A stretch of 64,000 bases of DNA from Alteromonas sp. Its GTDB lineage: Bacteria; Margulisbacteria; Marinamargulisbacteria; UBA6595. A program made the position numbers and the translations under genes. The notes under the pieces were generated by a model. It ran no database searches. It was given only the letters and a program-made list of their open reading frames with translations, and was not told where the DNA came from. The stretch covers positions 1 through 64,000 of the forward strand of contig CAXPTH010000007.1 in NCBI GenBank assembly GCA_964220215.1. The letters are read 5' to 3'. This document shows positions 18,025 to 28,402 of this stretch, piece by piece (position 1 is the first letter of the stretch; each line of letters opens with the position of its first letter).

Positions 18025-20490
18025 ATGGATAATACAGAGCATACTGGTATTGAATTAATGCCCATTGATCAGGAGATGAAGTCGTCGTATTTGGCGTATG
18101 CGATGTCGGTCATTGTGGGGCGTGCGTTACCCGATGTGCGCGATGGGCTAAAGCCGGTGCACCGCCGTATTTTATATGCCATGTTGGAGGCGGGTTACAC
18201 GTCGGACAAGGCGTATAAAAAATGTGCCCGTATTGTGGGGGATGTATTGGGACGGTATCACCCACACGGTGATTCGGCTGTTTATGAATCGATTGTTCGG
18301 ATGGCCCAAGACTTTTCGATGCGGTATTTGTTGATTGATGGGCAAGGCAACTACGGATCAATTGATGGCGATAACGCCGCAGCCATGCGATACACCGAGG
18401 CTCGAATGTCTAAAATCAGCATGGAAATGATCAAGGATATTGAAAAAGAAACGGTGGATTTCACGCCCAACTTTGACGAATCATTGGAAGAGCCCACGGT
18501 ATTGCCCACGCGGTTGCCGGGTTTGTTGCTCAACGGCACATCCGGTATTGCGGTGGGTATGGCCACCAATATCCCCCCCCATCAACTGGGTGAATTGTTG
18601 GATGGCGTCGATCATATTATCGATGATCCTGCCTGCAGCATTGACAGTGTCATGACCCATGTTAAAGGGCCCGACTTCCCAACGGGTGGCATCATTTGTG
18701 GTACGGACGGCATTACCAGTGCGTATCATACCGGCCGAGGCAGTGTTAAGATCCGCGCCAAGGTTCATTTTGAAGAATCCAAAAAGAAAAACAAGACGGC
18801 GATTATCGTGACCGAGTTGCCCTACATGGTGAACAAGGCCAATTTGATTATTAAAATTGCTGAGCTGGTCCAAGACAAAAAGATCCCCGATATTTCAGAC
18901 CTTCGGGATGAGTCGGATCGGAAAGGCATGCGTATTTACATTGAGTTGAAGCGGGATGCCCAGCCCGAAGTGGTGCTAAACCAATTATACAAGCATACGG
19001 CGTTGCAAAACAGCTTTGGCGTCAACATGGTTGCTATTGTCAATGGCACCCCCCAAACGTTGAATTTAAAGCAAGTCTTGGTACATTACATTGATCACCG
19101 CAAAGAAATTGTGGTGCGTCGCGCCACGTTTGATCTAAAAAAAGCCAAGGCCCGCATGCACATTTTGGAAGGCTTGCGGATTGCCTTGCAAAATATTGAT
19201 GCGGTTATTGCCTTAATTAAGCAATCTGAAAATGCTCAAGCCGCTAAGTCTGGGCTTGTTGAGACCTTTGGGTTAACGGAAATCCAAGCTCAAGCCATTT
19301 TGGATATGCGATTGCAAAAGCTGACTGGGCTGGAGCGAGACAAAATCGAAGACGAATACCAAGCCTTGATAGTTACCATTGCGGATCTGGAAGATATTTT
19401 AGCCAACGAATCCCGAGTGTATGGCATTATCAAAACCGAAAACCACGAGATTCGGGAAAAATACAACGATGCCCGACGAACCGTAATTGGGGATGCCATT
19501 CAAGACGTCAACATTGAAGATTTAATTCCACAAGAAGATGTGGTGGTCTTGGTGACGAAAAAAGGCTTTCTGAAGCGCATGCCGCTGGGCTTATTCCGAA
19601 CCCAGTTGCGGGGTGGCCGTGGGGTTGGCGGGATTAAAGTCCGGGATGAAGACATGATTGAGCATGTGTTGGTGGTCAACACCCATGACTTTGTCTTGTG
19701 TTTTTCTAGTGAGGGGCGCGTATTTAAAATTAAAGCTTATGAAATTCCCGAAGCGTCTCGACAAGCCAAAGGCGTGAGTGCGGCGCATTTTCTTGCCTTG
19801 AACGATGGGGAAGTGTTAACGGCTATTATTCACGTGGCGGACTTTAACACCGAAGACAGCTTGGTGATGGTGACGCAGAAAGGCATTGTGAAAAAAACGG
19901 CCATAAAAGCGTTTATACACTTCAAAAACCGGGCCATTGTTGCCATTCGGTTGGACGATGGGGATACCCTCAAGTGGGTCCGCCGGACGGATGGCCAGCA
20001 GGATGTGTTGTTGATAACTGTGATGGGCATGTCAATTCGATTCAACGAGTCTCAAGTCCGCGAAACGGGCCGATCCTCGCGAGGGGTTAAGGGCATTAAC
20101 TTAAAGCCTAACGATGCGGTTGTGGCGATTGGAATTATTAACCCAGAAGAAGAAAAAAGTTATGTGTTAATCATGACCCGGTACGGCTACGGCAAAACAG
20201 TCCTTATTTCACATTTTAGACCCCAAACGCGTGGCGGTGTGGGCGTTCGGTCCATTAAATTTCGGGTCTCACTCAACGATGACCGTGTGGTGGATGCGTT
20301 TATTACCAGCAAAGATGACGAGTGTTTGATTGTCACAGAGAAAGGGACGATGTGTCGGCAGTTGATTAAGTCCATCTCAACGCAGAAGCGCGAAGCGCAG
20401 GGCGTTCGGATTATTAAACTGGATGCCAAGGATAAGGTTACCGCAATTGCGATGATTGAGGCCGAAACTGAGGAAACCGAGCACGCTTGA
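18025..20490 (+). CDS. gyrA: DNA gyrase subunit A
   Basis: [16 protein letters not shown], GyrA-box QLRGGRG. Confidence 0.97.
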   Translation: MDNTEHTGIELMPIDQEMKSSYLAYAMSVIVGRALPDVRDGLKPVHRRILYAMLEAGYTSDKAYKKCARIVGDVLGRYHPHGDSAVYESIVRMAQDFSMRYLLIDGQGNYGSIDGDNAAAMRYTEARMSKISMEMIKDIEKETVDFTPNFDESLEEPTVLPTRLPGLLLNGTSGIAVGMATNIPPHQLGELLDGVDHIIDDPACSIDSVMTHVKGPDFPTGGIICGTDGITSAYHTGRGSVKIRAKVHFEESKKKNKTAIIVTELPYMVNKANLIIKIAELVQDKKIPDISDLRDESDRKGMRIYIELKRDAQPEVVLNQLYKHTALQNSFGVNMVAIVNGTPQTLNLKQVLVHYIDHRKEIVVRRATFDLKKAKARMHILEGLRIALQNIDAVIALIKQSENAQAAKSGLVETFGLTEIQAQAILDMRLQKLTGLERDKIEDEYQALIVTIADLEDILANESRVYGIIKTENHEIREKYNDARRTVIGDAIQDVNIEDLIPQEDVVVLVTKKGFLKRMPLGLFRTQLRGGRGVGGIKVRDEDMIEHVLVVNTHDFVLCFSSEGRVFKIKAYEIPEASRQAKGVSAAHFLALNDGEVLTAIIHVADFNTEDSLVMVTQKGIVKKTAIKAFIHFKNRAIVAIRLDDGDTLKWVRRTDGQQDVLLITVMGMSIRFNESQVRETGRSSRGVKGINLKPNDAVVAIGIINPEEEKSYVLIMTRYGYGKTVLISHFRPQTRGGVGVRSIKFRVSLNDDRVVDAFITSKDDECLIVTEKGTMCRQLIKSISTQKREAQGVRIIKLDAKDKVTAIAMIEAETEETEHA

Positions 20491-20551
20491 GTTGTTGAAT
20501 TCTAATCCTGTATAATAACGTCAGTATTTAATAAAAGAGGAGGATGTTAAC

Positions 20552-21307
20552 ATGAATGCTATTACAGGAGGAGCAGGAAGTTCAAGAGGAGTAGGAAATC
20601 CAGGAGGAGCAGGAAATCCAAGAGGAGCAGGAAGTTCAAGAGAAGCAGAATACAGCCCGTTACCACACCAGACAGATCAAAGCCGCCTATCAACTAGAGA
20701 CAAAATGTGTATGGGTGCTCTTGTACTTTTAGTTTTTGTAGTGAATGAGGCTTATCTTGGTTTTGAGCTTTGCGTTGACGATGTTCCAGACCCCTTACTC
20801 TTTAGGTACAGGATCAACACTGATGAGAAGGGTGAAATCGTTGACGAATTAGTAGCTCATGGGTATCTAACGCCGAAACCCACCGGTGACGGATTCAATC
20901 CAACTATGAAACTTGTCGATTCTCTACCCAAGGATAAAAACCTAGCTGAATCACTAAGCGAACTAGGCATTGACCCGGACGACCTCAAGAGCAATACTTG
21001 TAAATGCACCCTATTAGAAGCTGGGCTGTATGTTGGTACAGGACATTCTATAGAAGCGTGTCCTCCTTATCGTCCGACAGAAGCTCATGATGCTCCGTGT
21101 GCTTTGAGGGAGCAGCAACAGCTTTTGAGGGAGCAGCAACAGGAGCCGCCTAGAGGAACAAATACCACTAGAGTTTTGAATTACCTTGGCCAGCTCATAA
21201 CTGGAGAGAACCGTTCATCCTCAACTATAAAAAGAAATGACACTAGATTTTTGGATTACACTGGCTTGTCCATAACTGGAGCGAACCATTCATCCTCAAC
21301 TAAATAA
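20552..21307 (+). CDS. Hypothetical repeat-containing protein with one TM segment
   Basis: Strong RBS GAGGAGG; atypical composition; internal repeats. Confidence 0.6.
   Translation: MNAITGGAGSSRGVGNPGGAGNPRGAGSSREAEYSPLPHQTDQSRLSTRDKMCMGALVLLVFVVNEAYLGFELCVDDVPDPLLFRYRINTDEKGEIVDELVAHGYLTPKPTGDGFNPTMKLVDSLPKDKNLAESLSELGIDPDDLKSNTCKCTLLEAGLYVGTGHSIEACPPYRPTEAHDAPCALREQQQLLREQQQEPPRGTNTTRVLNYLGQLITGENRSSSTIKRNDTRFLDYTGLSITGANHSSSTK
20565..20650 (+). repeat. 18-bp tandem repeat (about 4.8 copies, CARGAGGAGYAGGAARTY)
   Basis: Read directly from the sequence. Confidence 0.9.
21166..21302 (+). repeat. Imperfect duplication with 75-bp period
   Basis: CACTAGA.TTTTG.ATTAC…CATAACTGGAG.GAACC.TTCATCCTCAACTA at 21166 and 21241. 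Confidence 0.85.
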
Positions 21308-21315
21308 AACTATGC

Positions 21316-22554
21316 CTATGAAAACGCTTTGAAAATAATCGATGCGTTGTGCCCACCAAAGCCCAAGGAATTGGACAAGACATGGGTTAAATTATCTGCG
21401 GATTGCTTCGTATTGGGAACGTAATTCAAATCACACTCCGGATCCGGATTGTCTAAGTTAATCGTTGGTGGAACCGTCTGCGTCAACAACGCCTGGACCG
21501 ACGCCACCGCTTCAATGGCCGCTGCAGCGCCCAATAAATGCCCCGTCATGGACTTTGTAGAGCTAATGAGTAACTGACTAGCCTGATCCCCAAACACGCG
21601 CTTAATTGCCTTTGTTTCCAAGGCATCGTTTAATTTTGTGGAGGTACCATGCGCATTGATGTAGCCAATCGCATCTGGCGAAATGGCCGCATCCGCTATC
21701 GCCGCCTGCATCGCACGCGCGCCCCCTTCACCCTCCGGAGCCGGTGCCGTAATGTGGTACGCATCCCCCGAAGACCCAAACCCCACCACTTCAGCCAAAA
21801 TGGTTGCGCCACGCGCCTGGGCATGCGCCAGCGACTCAAACACCAACATGCCCGCACCTTCCCCCATCACAAACCCATCGCGGTCCACATCAAACGGCCG
21901 AGACGCCCGCTTGGGGTCATCGTTTCGGGTTGATAACGACCGAGCGGCACAAAACGACCCTACCCCCAAGGGCGTTACAACAGCCTCTGACCCACCGGTA
22001 ATCATCGCTGTTACCACCCCATCTCGGACCAACTGAAACGCTCGGGCCATCGCATGAGCTGCTGACGCACACGCAGTGACTGACGCTGCGTTAGGGCCCT
22101 TAGCCCCTGTTTTAATGGACACAATGCCCGCCGCCATATCCACAATCATCATGGGCACCGTAAATGGACTAATCCGGCCCGGTCCCTTTGTCGATAACTG
22201 GCGCACCGCTTCTTCCAATACTTCAATTCCACCCATGCCCGAGCCAATCTCAACCCCGCACATCGGTGCAATTGATTCAATATCCAAACCCGATTGCTGA
22301 ACCGCTTCCATCGCAGCCACAACCGCAAACTGAATAAACCGAGCCGTTCGGCGCAACTCTTTGTTATCAAAGTAAGCCGTGGCGTCTAAATCGCGAACCT
22401 GGGCCGCAATTTGCGTTGTAAACGCGCTTGCATCAAACGCATCAATCCGATCCACACCCGATTGACCGGCACAGAGTGCCTGCCAATAGGTGTCCACCGT
22501 ATTGCCAATGGGCGTCACAGCACCCATCCCTGTAATGCAAACGCGCTGTTTCAT
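21316..22554 (-). CDS. fabF: Beta-ketoacyl-ACP synthase II
   Basis: TACAS, NAHGTST, SNSLGFGGHN. Confidence 0.95.
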   Translation of the reverse strand: MKQRVCITGMGAVTPIGNTVDTYWQALCAGQSGVDRIDAFDASAFTTQIAAQVRDLDATAYFDNKELRRTARFIQFAVVAAMEAVQQSGLDIESIAPMCGVEIGSGMGGIEVLEEAVRQLSTKGPGRISPFTVPMMIVDMAAGIVSIKTGAKGPNAASVTACASAAHAMARAFQLVRDGVVTAMITGGSEAVVTPLGVGSFCAARSLSTRNDDPKRASRPFDVDRDGFVMGEGAGMLVFESLAHAQARGATILAEVVGFGSSGDAYHITAPAPEGEGGARAMQAAIADAAISPDAIGYINAHGTSTKLNDALETKAIKRVFGDQASQLLISSTKSMTGHLLGAAAAIEAVASVQALLTQTVPPTINLDNPDPECDLNYVPNTKQSADNLTHVLSNSLGFGGHNASIIFKAFS

Positions 22555-22557
22555 GGA

Positions 22558-22800
22558 TTACTGATTGTCAACAATGTATTGAACAGTGGATTCAATACTG
22601 GTTAGCTTTTCAGCTTCATCATCGGGGATGTTGGTTCCAAATTCATCTTCCAACGCCATAACCAATTCCACAGTGTCTAGGGAATCTGCGCCCAAATCCT
22701 CGATATACCGCGCACCCATAACGACTTGCTCTTTATCAACTTCCAACTCCGTTGCAACAATGTCGCGTACTTTTTCGAAAACTTCTTCTTTTGATGCCAT
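22558..22800 (-). CDS. acpP: Acyl carrier protein
   Basis: DLGADSLDTVELVM. Confidence 0.97.
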   Translation of the reverse strand: MASKEEVFEKVRDIVATELEVDKEQVVMGARYIEDLGADSLDTVELVMALEDEFGTNIPDDEAEKLTSIESTVQYIVDNQ

Positions 22801-22818
22801 GTTTACACTCCTTTTTTT

Positions 22819-23550
22819 TTACATTACCATTCCGCCATCCACATGGATGACTTGTCCCGTTACATACGATGCGTCAATGAGAAACGATACAACACCTGCT
22901 ACATCGTCCACATGACCCAAGCGTCGTGCTGGAACCCCCTCTATTATAGTTTGCAACGTGGATTCCGGCAACGCTTTTGTCATGTCCGTATCAATAAACC
23001 CCGGTGCAACCACATTGACCGTGATGCCTTTCGCCCCCAATTCTTTGGCCATGGACTTGGCAAATCCAACCATGCCCGCCTTACTGGCTGCATAATTGGC
23101 TTGCCCCGCATTGCCCATCGATCCAACAACCGAGCCCATCATGATAATGCGCCCAAATTTTTGTTTTAACATCGGCCGCACACACGGCTTAGTCATATTA
23201 AACGCTGAGATTAAATTGGTCTCAACAACGTTGGCGAAATCCTCGGGCTTCATCCGAAGCAACAAATTGTCCTGGGTAATTCCGGCATTATTAACCAAAA
23301 CATGGGGACCACCCAAAGCCTCGGTTACGGACTGAACATACGCCTCAGTCTCTGAAAAATTGGTGACATCCACCGCCTGCCCATGCACCTGCGCACCCGG
23401 AATCGCTTGCAACTGAGCCAGCGCCGATGTTACCGATGCCTCAGAGCGCCCACAAATGGATACCGCAAACCCTTGCGTGACTAAATGCATGGCAATAGCC
23501 AGGCCAATGCCGCGCGTTCCCCCAGTTACAATGGCAACTTGTTGACTCAT
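22819..23550 (-). CDS. fabG: 3-oxoacyl-ACP reductase
   Basis: TGGTRGIG, NNAGIT, YAASK. Confidence 0.95.
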   Translation of the reverse strand: MSQQVAIVTGGTRGIGLAIAMHLVTQGFAVSICGRSEASVTSALAQLQAIPGAQVHGQAVDVTNFSETEAYVQSVTEALGGPHVLVNNAGITQDNLLLRMKPEDFANVVETNLISAFNMTKPCVRPMLKQKFGRIIMMGSVVGSMGNAGQANYAASKAGMVGFAKSMAKELGAKGITVNVVAPGFIDTDMTKALPESTLQTIIEGVPARRLGHVDDVAGVVSFLIDASYVTGQVIHVDGGMVM

Positions 23551-24440
23551 ACGCTCACCACCTCCGCATAATTTTGAATCGATACCTCAGGGGCAATTTT
23601 TTTAACCAAGCCCGTCAACACTTTTCCCGGCCCCACTTCATAAAGCGTGTCCACTTGATCGGCCATCGCACGCACACTCTGGGTCCATAAAACCGACGAT
23701 CGCACTTGTTGGGACAAATTGTCTCGCAACGCCTCCGCTTCAAATTCCGATTCCGCTGTTCGATTCAAAATAATGGGAAACGCCGCATCTTGAAATGGAA
23801 CATCGGCCAAATACGCCGCAAACTGCTCAGCAGCCGGCGCCATGAGTGGCGAATGGAAGGCCCCACTCACCGGCAACGGCACCACCCGCTTGGCACCCGC
23901 AGCCGTCACCGCCTCACCCGCCGCCGCGACTGCCGCCCGTGTACCGGACATCACCCACTGATTGGGGGAATTATAATTGGCAATCACCACATCATCAAGG
24001 CCCGCAACCACCGACTCCAACACCGACTCCTCAATGCCCATAACCGCACTCATAGCCGAATCCGCCGATGGATATGCCGCGGCCATGGCCTCACCGCGAT
24101 AGGCAATCACCGCCAAGGCCGTTTCCAAGTCATACACACCAGCCGCATAATACGCCGTTAATTCCCCCAAGCTATGCCCCGCAACCACCGTGGGCGCTAT
24201 CCCTGCCTCAGCCATCACAGTCAACCACGAAGCCGACACCAAAAAAATGCCCAACTGCGCCATCTTTGTTTGCTTTAAATCCGCTTCTGGGCCATCAAAA
24301 CAGACCGTTTTAATGGGTATCGACAGCCAATCTTCGGCATTGTCCCATAGGGTACGAACCGATGCATGCTGCGCATACAAATCCCGCCCCATACCCACCA
24401 CTTGGGACCCTTGTCCCGGAAATACAAATCCTATTGCCAT
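23547..24440 (-). CDS. fabD: Malonyl-CoA:ACP transacylase
   Basis: FPGQGSQ, GHSLGE, AFHS. Confidence 0.95.
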   Translation of the reverse strand: MAIGFVFPGQGSQVVGMGRDLYAQHASVRTLWDNAEDWLSIPIKTVCFDGPEADLKQTKMAQLGIFLVSASWLTVMAEAGIAPTVVAGHSLGELTAYYAAGVYDLETALAVIAYRGEAMAAAYPSADSAMSAVMGIEESVLESVVAGLDDVVIANYNSPNQWVMSGTRAAVAAAGEAVTAAGAKRVVPLPVSGAFHSPLMAPAAEQFAAYLADVPFQDAAFPIILNRTAESEFEAEALRDNLSQQVRSSVLWTQSVRAMADQVDTLYEVGPGKVLTGLVKKIAPEVSIQNYAEVVSV

Positions 24441-25372
24441 AGTATCACTCCTGCTCCCCAGGTAAACCCGGCGCCAAATCCAATAACCACTACCACATCC
24501 CCCGACTTAAACTGAGCCGACGCTTCGGCCAACCCAATGGGAATCGATGCTGCGGATGTGTTTCCATACCGATCAATATGACACACCATGCGATCCGCTG
24601 GCAATCCCAATTTTTTGATCGCATGGTCCATAATGCGTTGGTTGGCCTGGTGGGGAATAAACCAATCCACGTCGGATACCGTCAAGCCGGCTAAATCCAA
24701 CACTTCCAGTACCGACGGGACAACACAATTCACCGCAACTTTAAACACCGATTGCCCATCCATGTCGATGTACGGCGGGTCATTGGGCAAGGATAAAATA
24801 GACCCGTGCGCCCCATCCGCATGCAAAGCTGTGGCCACAACGCCACCCGTATCCACACGACCCAACACCACGGCGCCGGCACCATCCCCAAATAATATAC
24901 ACGTACTGCGGTCCGACCAATCCACCCGATGGCTCAGCCGATCCGCCGCAATCAACAACACACGCTGATACCCCCCCGATTCAATTAACCGCGTCACCAC
25001 GTCCAACCCGTACACAAACCCCGAACACGCGGCGGACAAATCCCAAGCCGGACAGGAACCCGCACCCAAGGCCACCTGAACTTGCGTCGCCACGGACGGA
25101 AATCCCCGATAATCCGGGGTTGTCGTCGCCACCACAATCATATCCAAATCCTGAGGATTTAAACCGGCTGATGCCAAGGCTTTTCGGGCAGCCTGCTCAC
25201 TCATATAGGTGGTGGTTTCATGCTCACTGGCCAACCGCCGCGCATGAATCCCCGTACGTTCAACAATCCAATCGTGGCTGGTATTCACCCCCCGATTCAC
25301 AATATCCTGATTGGTGCATACCGTTTCTGGCACATAAGCCCCAACCCCTAAAATGCCGGCCGAATGCGTCAT
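24431..25372 (-). CDS. fabH: Beta-ketoacyl-ACP synthase III
   Basis: AACSGF, PHQAN, GNTSAAS. Confidence 0.95.
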   Translation of the reverse strand: MTHSAGILGVGAYVPETVCTNQDIVNRGVNTSHDWIVERTGIHARRLASEHETTTYMSEQAARKALASAGLNPQDLDMIVVATTTPDYRGFPSVATQVQVALGAGSCPAWDLSAACSGFVYGLDVVTRLIESGGYQRVLLIAADRLSHRVDWSDRSTCILFGDGAGAVVLGRVDTGGVVATALHADGAHGSILSLPNDPPYIDMDGQSVFKVAVNCVVPSVLEVLDLAGLTVSDVDWFIPHQANQRIMDHAIKKLGLPADRMVCHIDRYGNTSAASIPIGLAEASAQFKSGDVVVVIGFGAGFTWGAGVILWQ

Positions 25373-26361
25373 GCGGACCCAACCGCTTCGGTAATTTCAT
25401 CAATCATATCGGTTTCAATGGCATGCGCAACGTTTAAGATCCCATTACACATGGCCAATTCGCTGGAAGATCCATGCGAAATAAACACGACCCCATTCAC
25501 CCCCAGTAAAGGGGCACTCCCATAGTTGTCTTGATGATACCGCGCTTTTAATTTGCGCAATACCGGAGCCATCAATAAGGCCCCCAAAGTAGCCCGAACC
25601 CCTTTAATTTCCTGTTTGAAAAAATCAAAAAAGACCTGTACGATGCCCTCGCCAAATTTCAGCAAATTATTGCCCACAAACCCATCGCACACCACCACAT
25701 CCGCATGCCCATTTAACACATACTTTCCCTCAACATTGCCCACAAACTGAATGGTGGCATTCGCCGCCAGCAACGCGTGCGCTTCTTGGGTCACTTGATC
25801 CCCTTTTTCCACCTCTTCCCCAATATTAAGCAAGCCCACACGGGGATTGGGAATGTCCAACACATCTTGGGCAAAAAAATGGCCCATCACCGCAAACTGA
25901 TTCAAATGCGTCGGTTTGCAATCCACCGTAGAGCCCATATCCAACATTAAAACCGGACCCGTGTTGCCCGGCAAAATCGTACCAATGGCCGGCCGCTCAA
26001 TGGTTTTGATACGACCCAAAATAAACGTAGCGGCCGTCATCACAGCCCCCGTATTACCCGCCGAGATAAAGCCATCGACGGCTTTGTCCTTAAGCAGCTG
26101 CAACCCCACATGAATGGACGATGATTTTTTCTTTCGATACGCATCCACCGGAGCATCCTCCATGGTAATCACATCGGCCGCTTCCACAAAAGACATCCGA
26201 GGATGCTCGGACCACCCACAATCCAAGGCATCAACGGCTACCTGTTGCCCAACTAAAACAATATGAATATCATCCCGCAACGCAAGGGCTTTTAGGGCAC
26301 CTTTGACGGGGTTCTCGGGCATAAAGTCCCCGCCCATGGCATCCACAGCAAGTGTGATCAA
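25369..26361 (-). CDS. plsX: Phosphate acyltransferase
   Basis: VDAMGGD, SAGNTGA, CDGFVGN. Confidence 0.95.
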   Translation of the reverse strand: MITLAVDAMGGDFMPENPVKGALKALALRDDIHIVLVGQQVAVDALDCGWSEHPRMSFVEAADVITMEDAPVDAYRKKKSSSIHVGLQLLKDKAVDGFISAGNTGAVMTAATFILGRIKTIERPAIGTILPGNTGPVLMLDMGSTVDCKPTHLNQFAVMGHFFAQDVLDIPNPRVGLLNIGEEVEKGDQVTQEAHALLAANATIQFVGNVEGKYVLNGHADVVVCDGFVGNNLLKFGEGIVQVFFDFFKQEIKGVRATLGALLMAPVLRKLKARYHQDNYGSAPLLGVNGVVFISHGSSSELAMCNGILNVAHAIETDMIDEITEAVGSA

Positions 26362-26364
26362 GAA

Positions 26365-26556
26365 CTAACCCTGTGTTTTAGACTTAACTCGAATAACCTG
26401 TCGGCCTTTGTAATACCCACAGTGTGAACAGGTTGTGTGGGTTCGAATACTTGCGCCACAGTTGGAACACGTGGTTACCTCGGGGGCAACCGCTTTCCAT
26501 GCGGACCGTTTAATGCGCTTTTTTGATTTGGATCGTCTCTTTTTTGGTACTGCCAT
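26365..26556 (-). CDS. rpmF: 50S ribosomal protein L32 (zinc-ribbon type)
   Basis: MAVPKKR…CSNCG…CSHCGYY. Confidence 0.95.
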   Translation of the reverse strand: MAVPKKRRSKSKKRIKRSAWKAVAPEVTTCSNCGASIRTHTTCSHCGYYKGRQVIRVKSKTQG

Positions 26557-26731
26557 ATTTCACTCTCTATTTTTTTACTTACGTCTTGTTAATTTTAAAT
26601 TAACTTTACTAATACACCAATTAAACCCTATTTTATGCTAGTTTGTCAACGGTTTTAGACCCAAGCGGCATCCGTTACTAATGAATTGGTTTTGTGCAAC
26701 CCCTGTATTTATGCCATACTAACATCCGCAT

Positions 26732-27481
26732 ATGGCTCACTATTTTGCAGAACAATCACAGCTTTCATCCAACACCCTTCAGCTCCCCAAAGCCGATTAC
26801 ACGCACCTTATGGGGAGTTTGCGGCTTCAAATCGACGAGCCCTTGCGTATTGTTGTGGATCAACGCATCGTTTTAGACACCGTCGTTACCGCCATCAGCA
26901 AATCCAGCCTATCGTTTACGTGCCTGCAAGAAACCCCCGTTCACCCCCCTGCCTATTCGATTGATCTAGCGTTATGTTTAACCAAACACGATGCCTTTTG
27001 TGAAACCTTGCACCACTGCACCCAGCTCCCTGTGTATCGGTTTATTCCGCTAATCTCGGAGTATAGCGTTCCCCAGCTTTCCGACCAAAAACTGCCCGAC
27101 AAACTCCTGCGGTGGAATCGAATTCTAAACCAATCCAGCTGCCAATGCGAGCGCTTGCACCGCCCCAGCATTGACGCGCCCCAACCCTTTCTTCCCTGGG
27201 TTCAAGCCGCTACCATTCAATGGCAATCCTACGATTGTGTTTTGTTTTGCGATGAAACCAAGCCCCAGCAGACCCTGGGCACCCTTCGGCCCATTCGTGC
27301 CAAACGGATTTTAGCGATTATTGGGCCTGAGGGCGGCTTTTCCGACGCCGAACGCACCGCAATGGCCCAAACATCGGCCACCCCCATTGCCCTGGGACCC
27401 ACCATTTTTAAAGCCCCTCAAGCGGCGTTTTACGTAGGCGCCGTGTTGCAACACGAACTAGAAAATTACCTGCCAACATAG
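26732..27481 (+). CDS. rsmE: 16S rRNA m3U1498 methyltransferase
   Basis: IIGPEGGFS, LGPTIF. Confidence 0.88.
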   Translation: MAHYFAEQSQLSSNTLQLPKADYTHLMGSLRLQIDEPLRIVVDQRIVLDTVVTAISKSSLSFTCLQETPVHPPAYSIDLALCLTKHDAFCETLHHCTQLPVYRFIPLISEYSVPQLSDQKLPDKLLRWNRILNQSSCQCERLHRPSIDAPQPFLPWVQAATIQWQSYDCVLFCDETKPQQTLGTLRPIRAKRILAIIGPEGGFSDAERTAMAQTSATPIALGPTIFKAPQAAFYVGAVLQHELENYLPT

Positions 27482-27494
27482 TACACTGCACACT

Positions 27495-27855
27495 GAAGGG
27501 CGTATCTCGTCGCGCACATTGTGTTTCAACTTGAACTCCCACTGTGTGAGGAAAGTCCGGACTTCGCAGAGCAAGATGCCGCCTAACCGACGGACGGCGC
27601 AAGCCGATGGACAGTGCCACAGAAAACTACCGCCTACGGACCGTGTGTCCCGGTAAGGGTGAAAATGTGCGGTAAGAGCGCACAGATCTCGCTGGTAACA
27701 GTGGGCTCGGGTAAACCCCATCTGAAGCAAGGTCAAATAGGGCACCAGAGATGGCTCGTCTCACTAAAGTGCCGGGTTGACTGCTAGACGCTGCGCGCAA
27801 GCGCAGTTCCAGATAAATGACGAGACTCGACAGAATCCGGCTTATCGCGCCCTTC
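27495..27855 (+). ncRNA. rnpB: RNase P RNA (type A)
   Basis: GAGGAAAGTCCGGACT, AGTGCCACAGAAA, GGTAAACCCC, ACAGAATCCGGCTTAT; P1 helix GAAGGGCG/CGCCCTTC. Confidence 0.95.
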
Positions 27856-27901
27856 GCATCACAAACCAAACCCACTCGCTATGGTATACTAATTGCCGTG
27901 T

Positions 27902-27978
27902 GGGCTCATAGCTCAGTTGGTTAGAGCATCCGGCTCATAACCGGCAGGTCCTAGGTTCAAGTCCTAGTGAGCCCACCA
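27902..27978 (+). tRNA. tRNA with CAT anticodon, most likely tRNA-Ile2
   Basis: Cloverleaf, CCGG-CTCATAA-CCGG arm, GGGC acceptor stem, encoded CCA. Confidence 0.9.
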
Positions 27979-27995
27979 GCCGAGCTTGTATAGAA

Positions 27996-28289
27996 CTACT
28001 TTGATTGTTGAATCATCCGCATCAAGCGCTTGCGGGTTCTCCAATCAGCCTGCAGCGTGTTCACCACATCCAAAACAACCCCTGGACATGTCGGGCTTTC
28101 TGGGTTTTCCTCCTTCAAGTATAGCCGAATAATGGCATCGTAATCATATGTAACCCCATCCGATGCAACCACTGGATTGCGCATTAGCTTACCGGATATG
28201 GGGCATGTCACAAACGACCGATTGGGATCGGACTCTGAAATTGCGTCAACCGAATAAACAATTGGATGTGGAATGCTATTTAATAACAC
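27996..28289 (-). CDS. Small U-box domain protein
   Basis: TCPISGKLMRNPVVASDGVTYDYDAI…SP matches the U-box consensus; GTG start with AGGGG RBS; TTGACA-17-GAGAAT promoter candidate starting at 28358. Confidence 0.75.
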   Translation of the reverse strand: MLLNSIPHPIVYSVDAISESDPNRSFVTCPISGKLMRNPVVASDGVTYDYDAIIRLYLKEENPESPTCPGVVLDVVNTLQADWRTRKRLMRMIQQSK

Positions 28290-28402
28290 AACAAGCCCCT
28301 AATATAACAATGACAATACAACTATTTTAATTCTCTCAAGTTGAACATAAACTGTCAAGAAGCCGTTTTTTCGTTTGTACCCATACCGCGTACATTCATG
28401 GT

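Noticed and set aside
20565..20650. Short repeats as a CRISPR array
   Set aside because: Contiguous in-frame coding repeats with no spacers and no cas genes
21166..21302. 75-bp-period repeat as a DGR template/variable pair
   Set aside because: Mismatches are not confined to adenines, the copies are tandem within one ORF, and no reverse transcriptase is in the window
27408..27875. Minus-strand ORFs
   Set aside because: Antisense to rnpB
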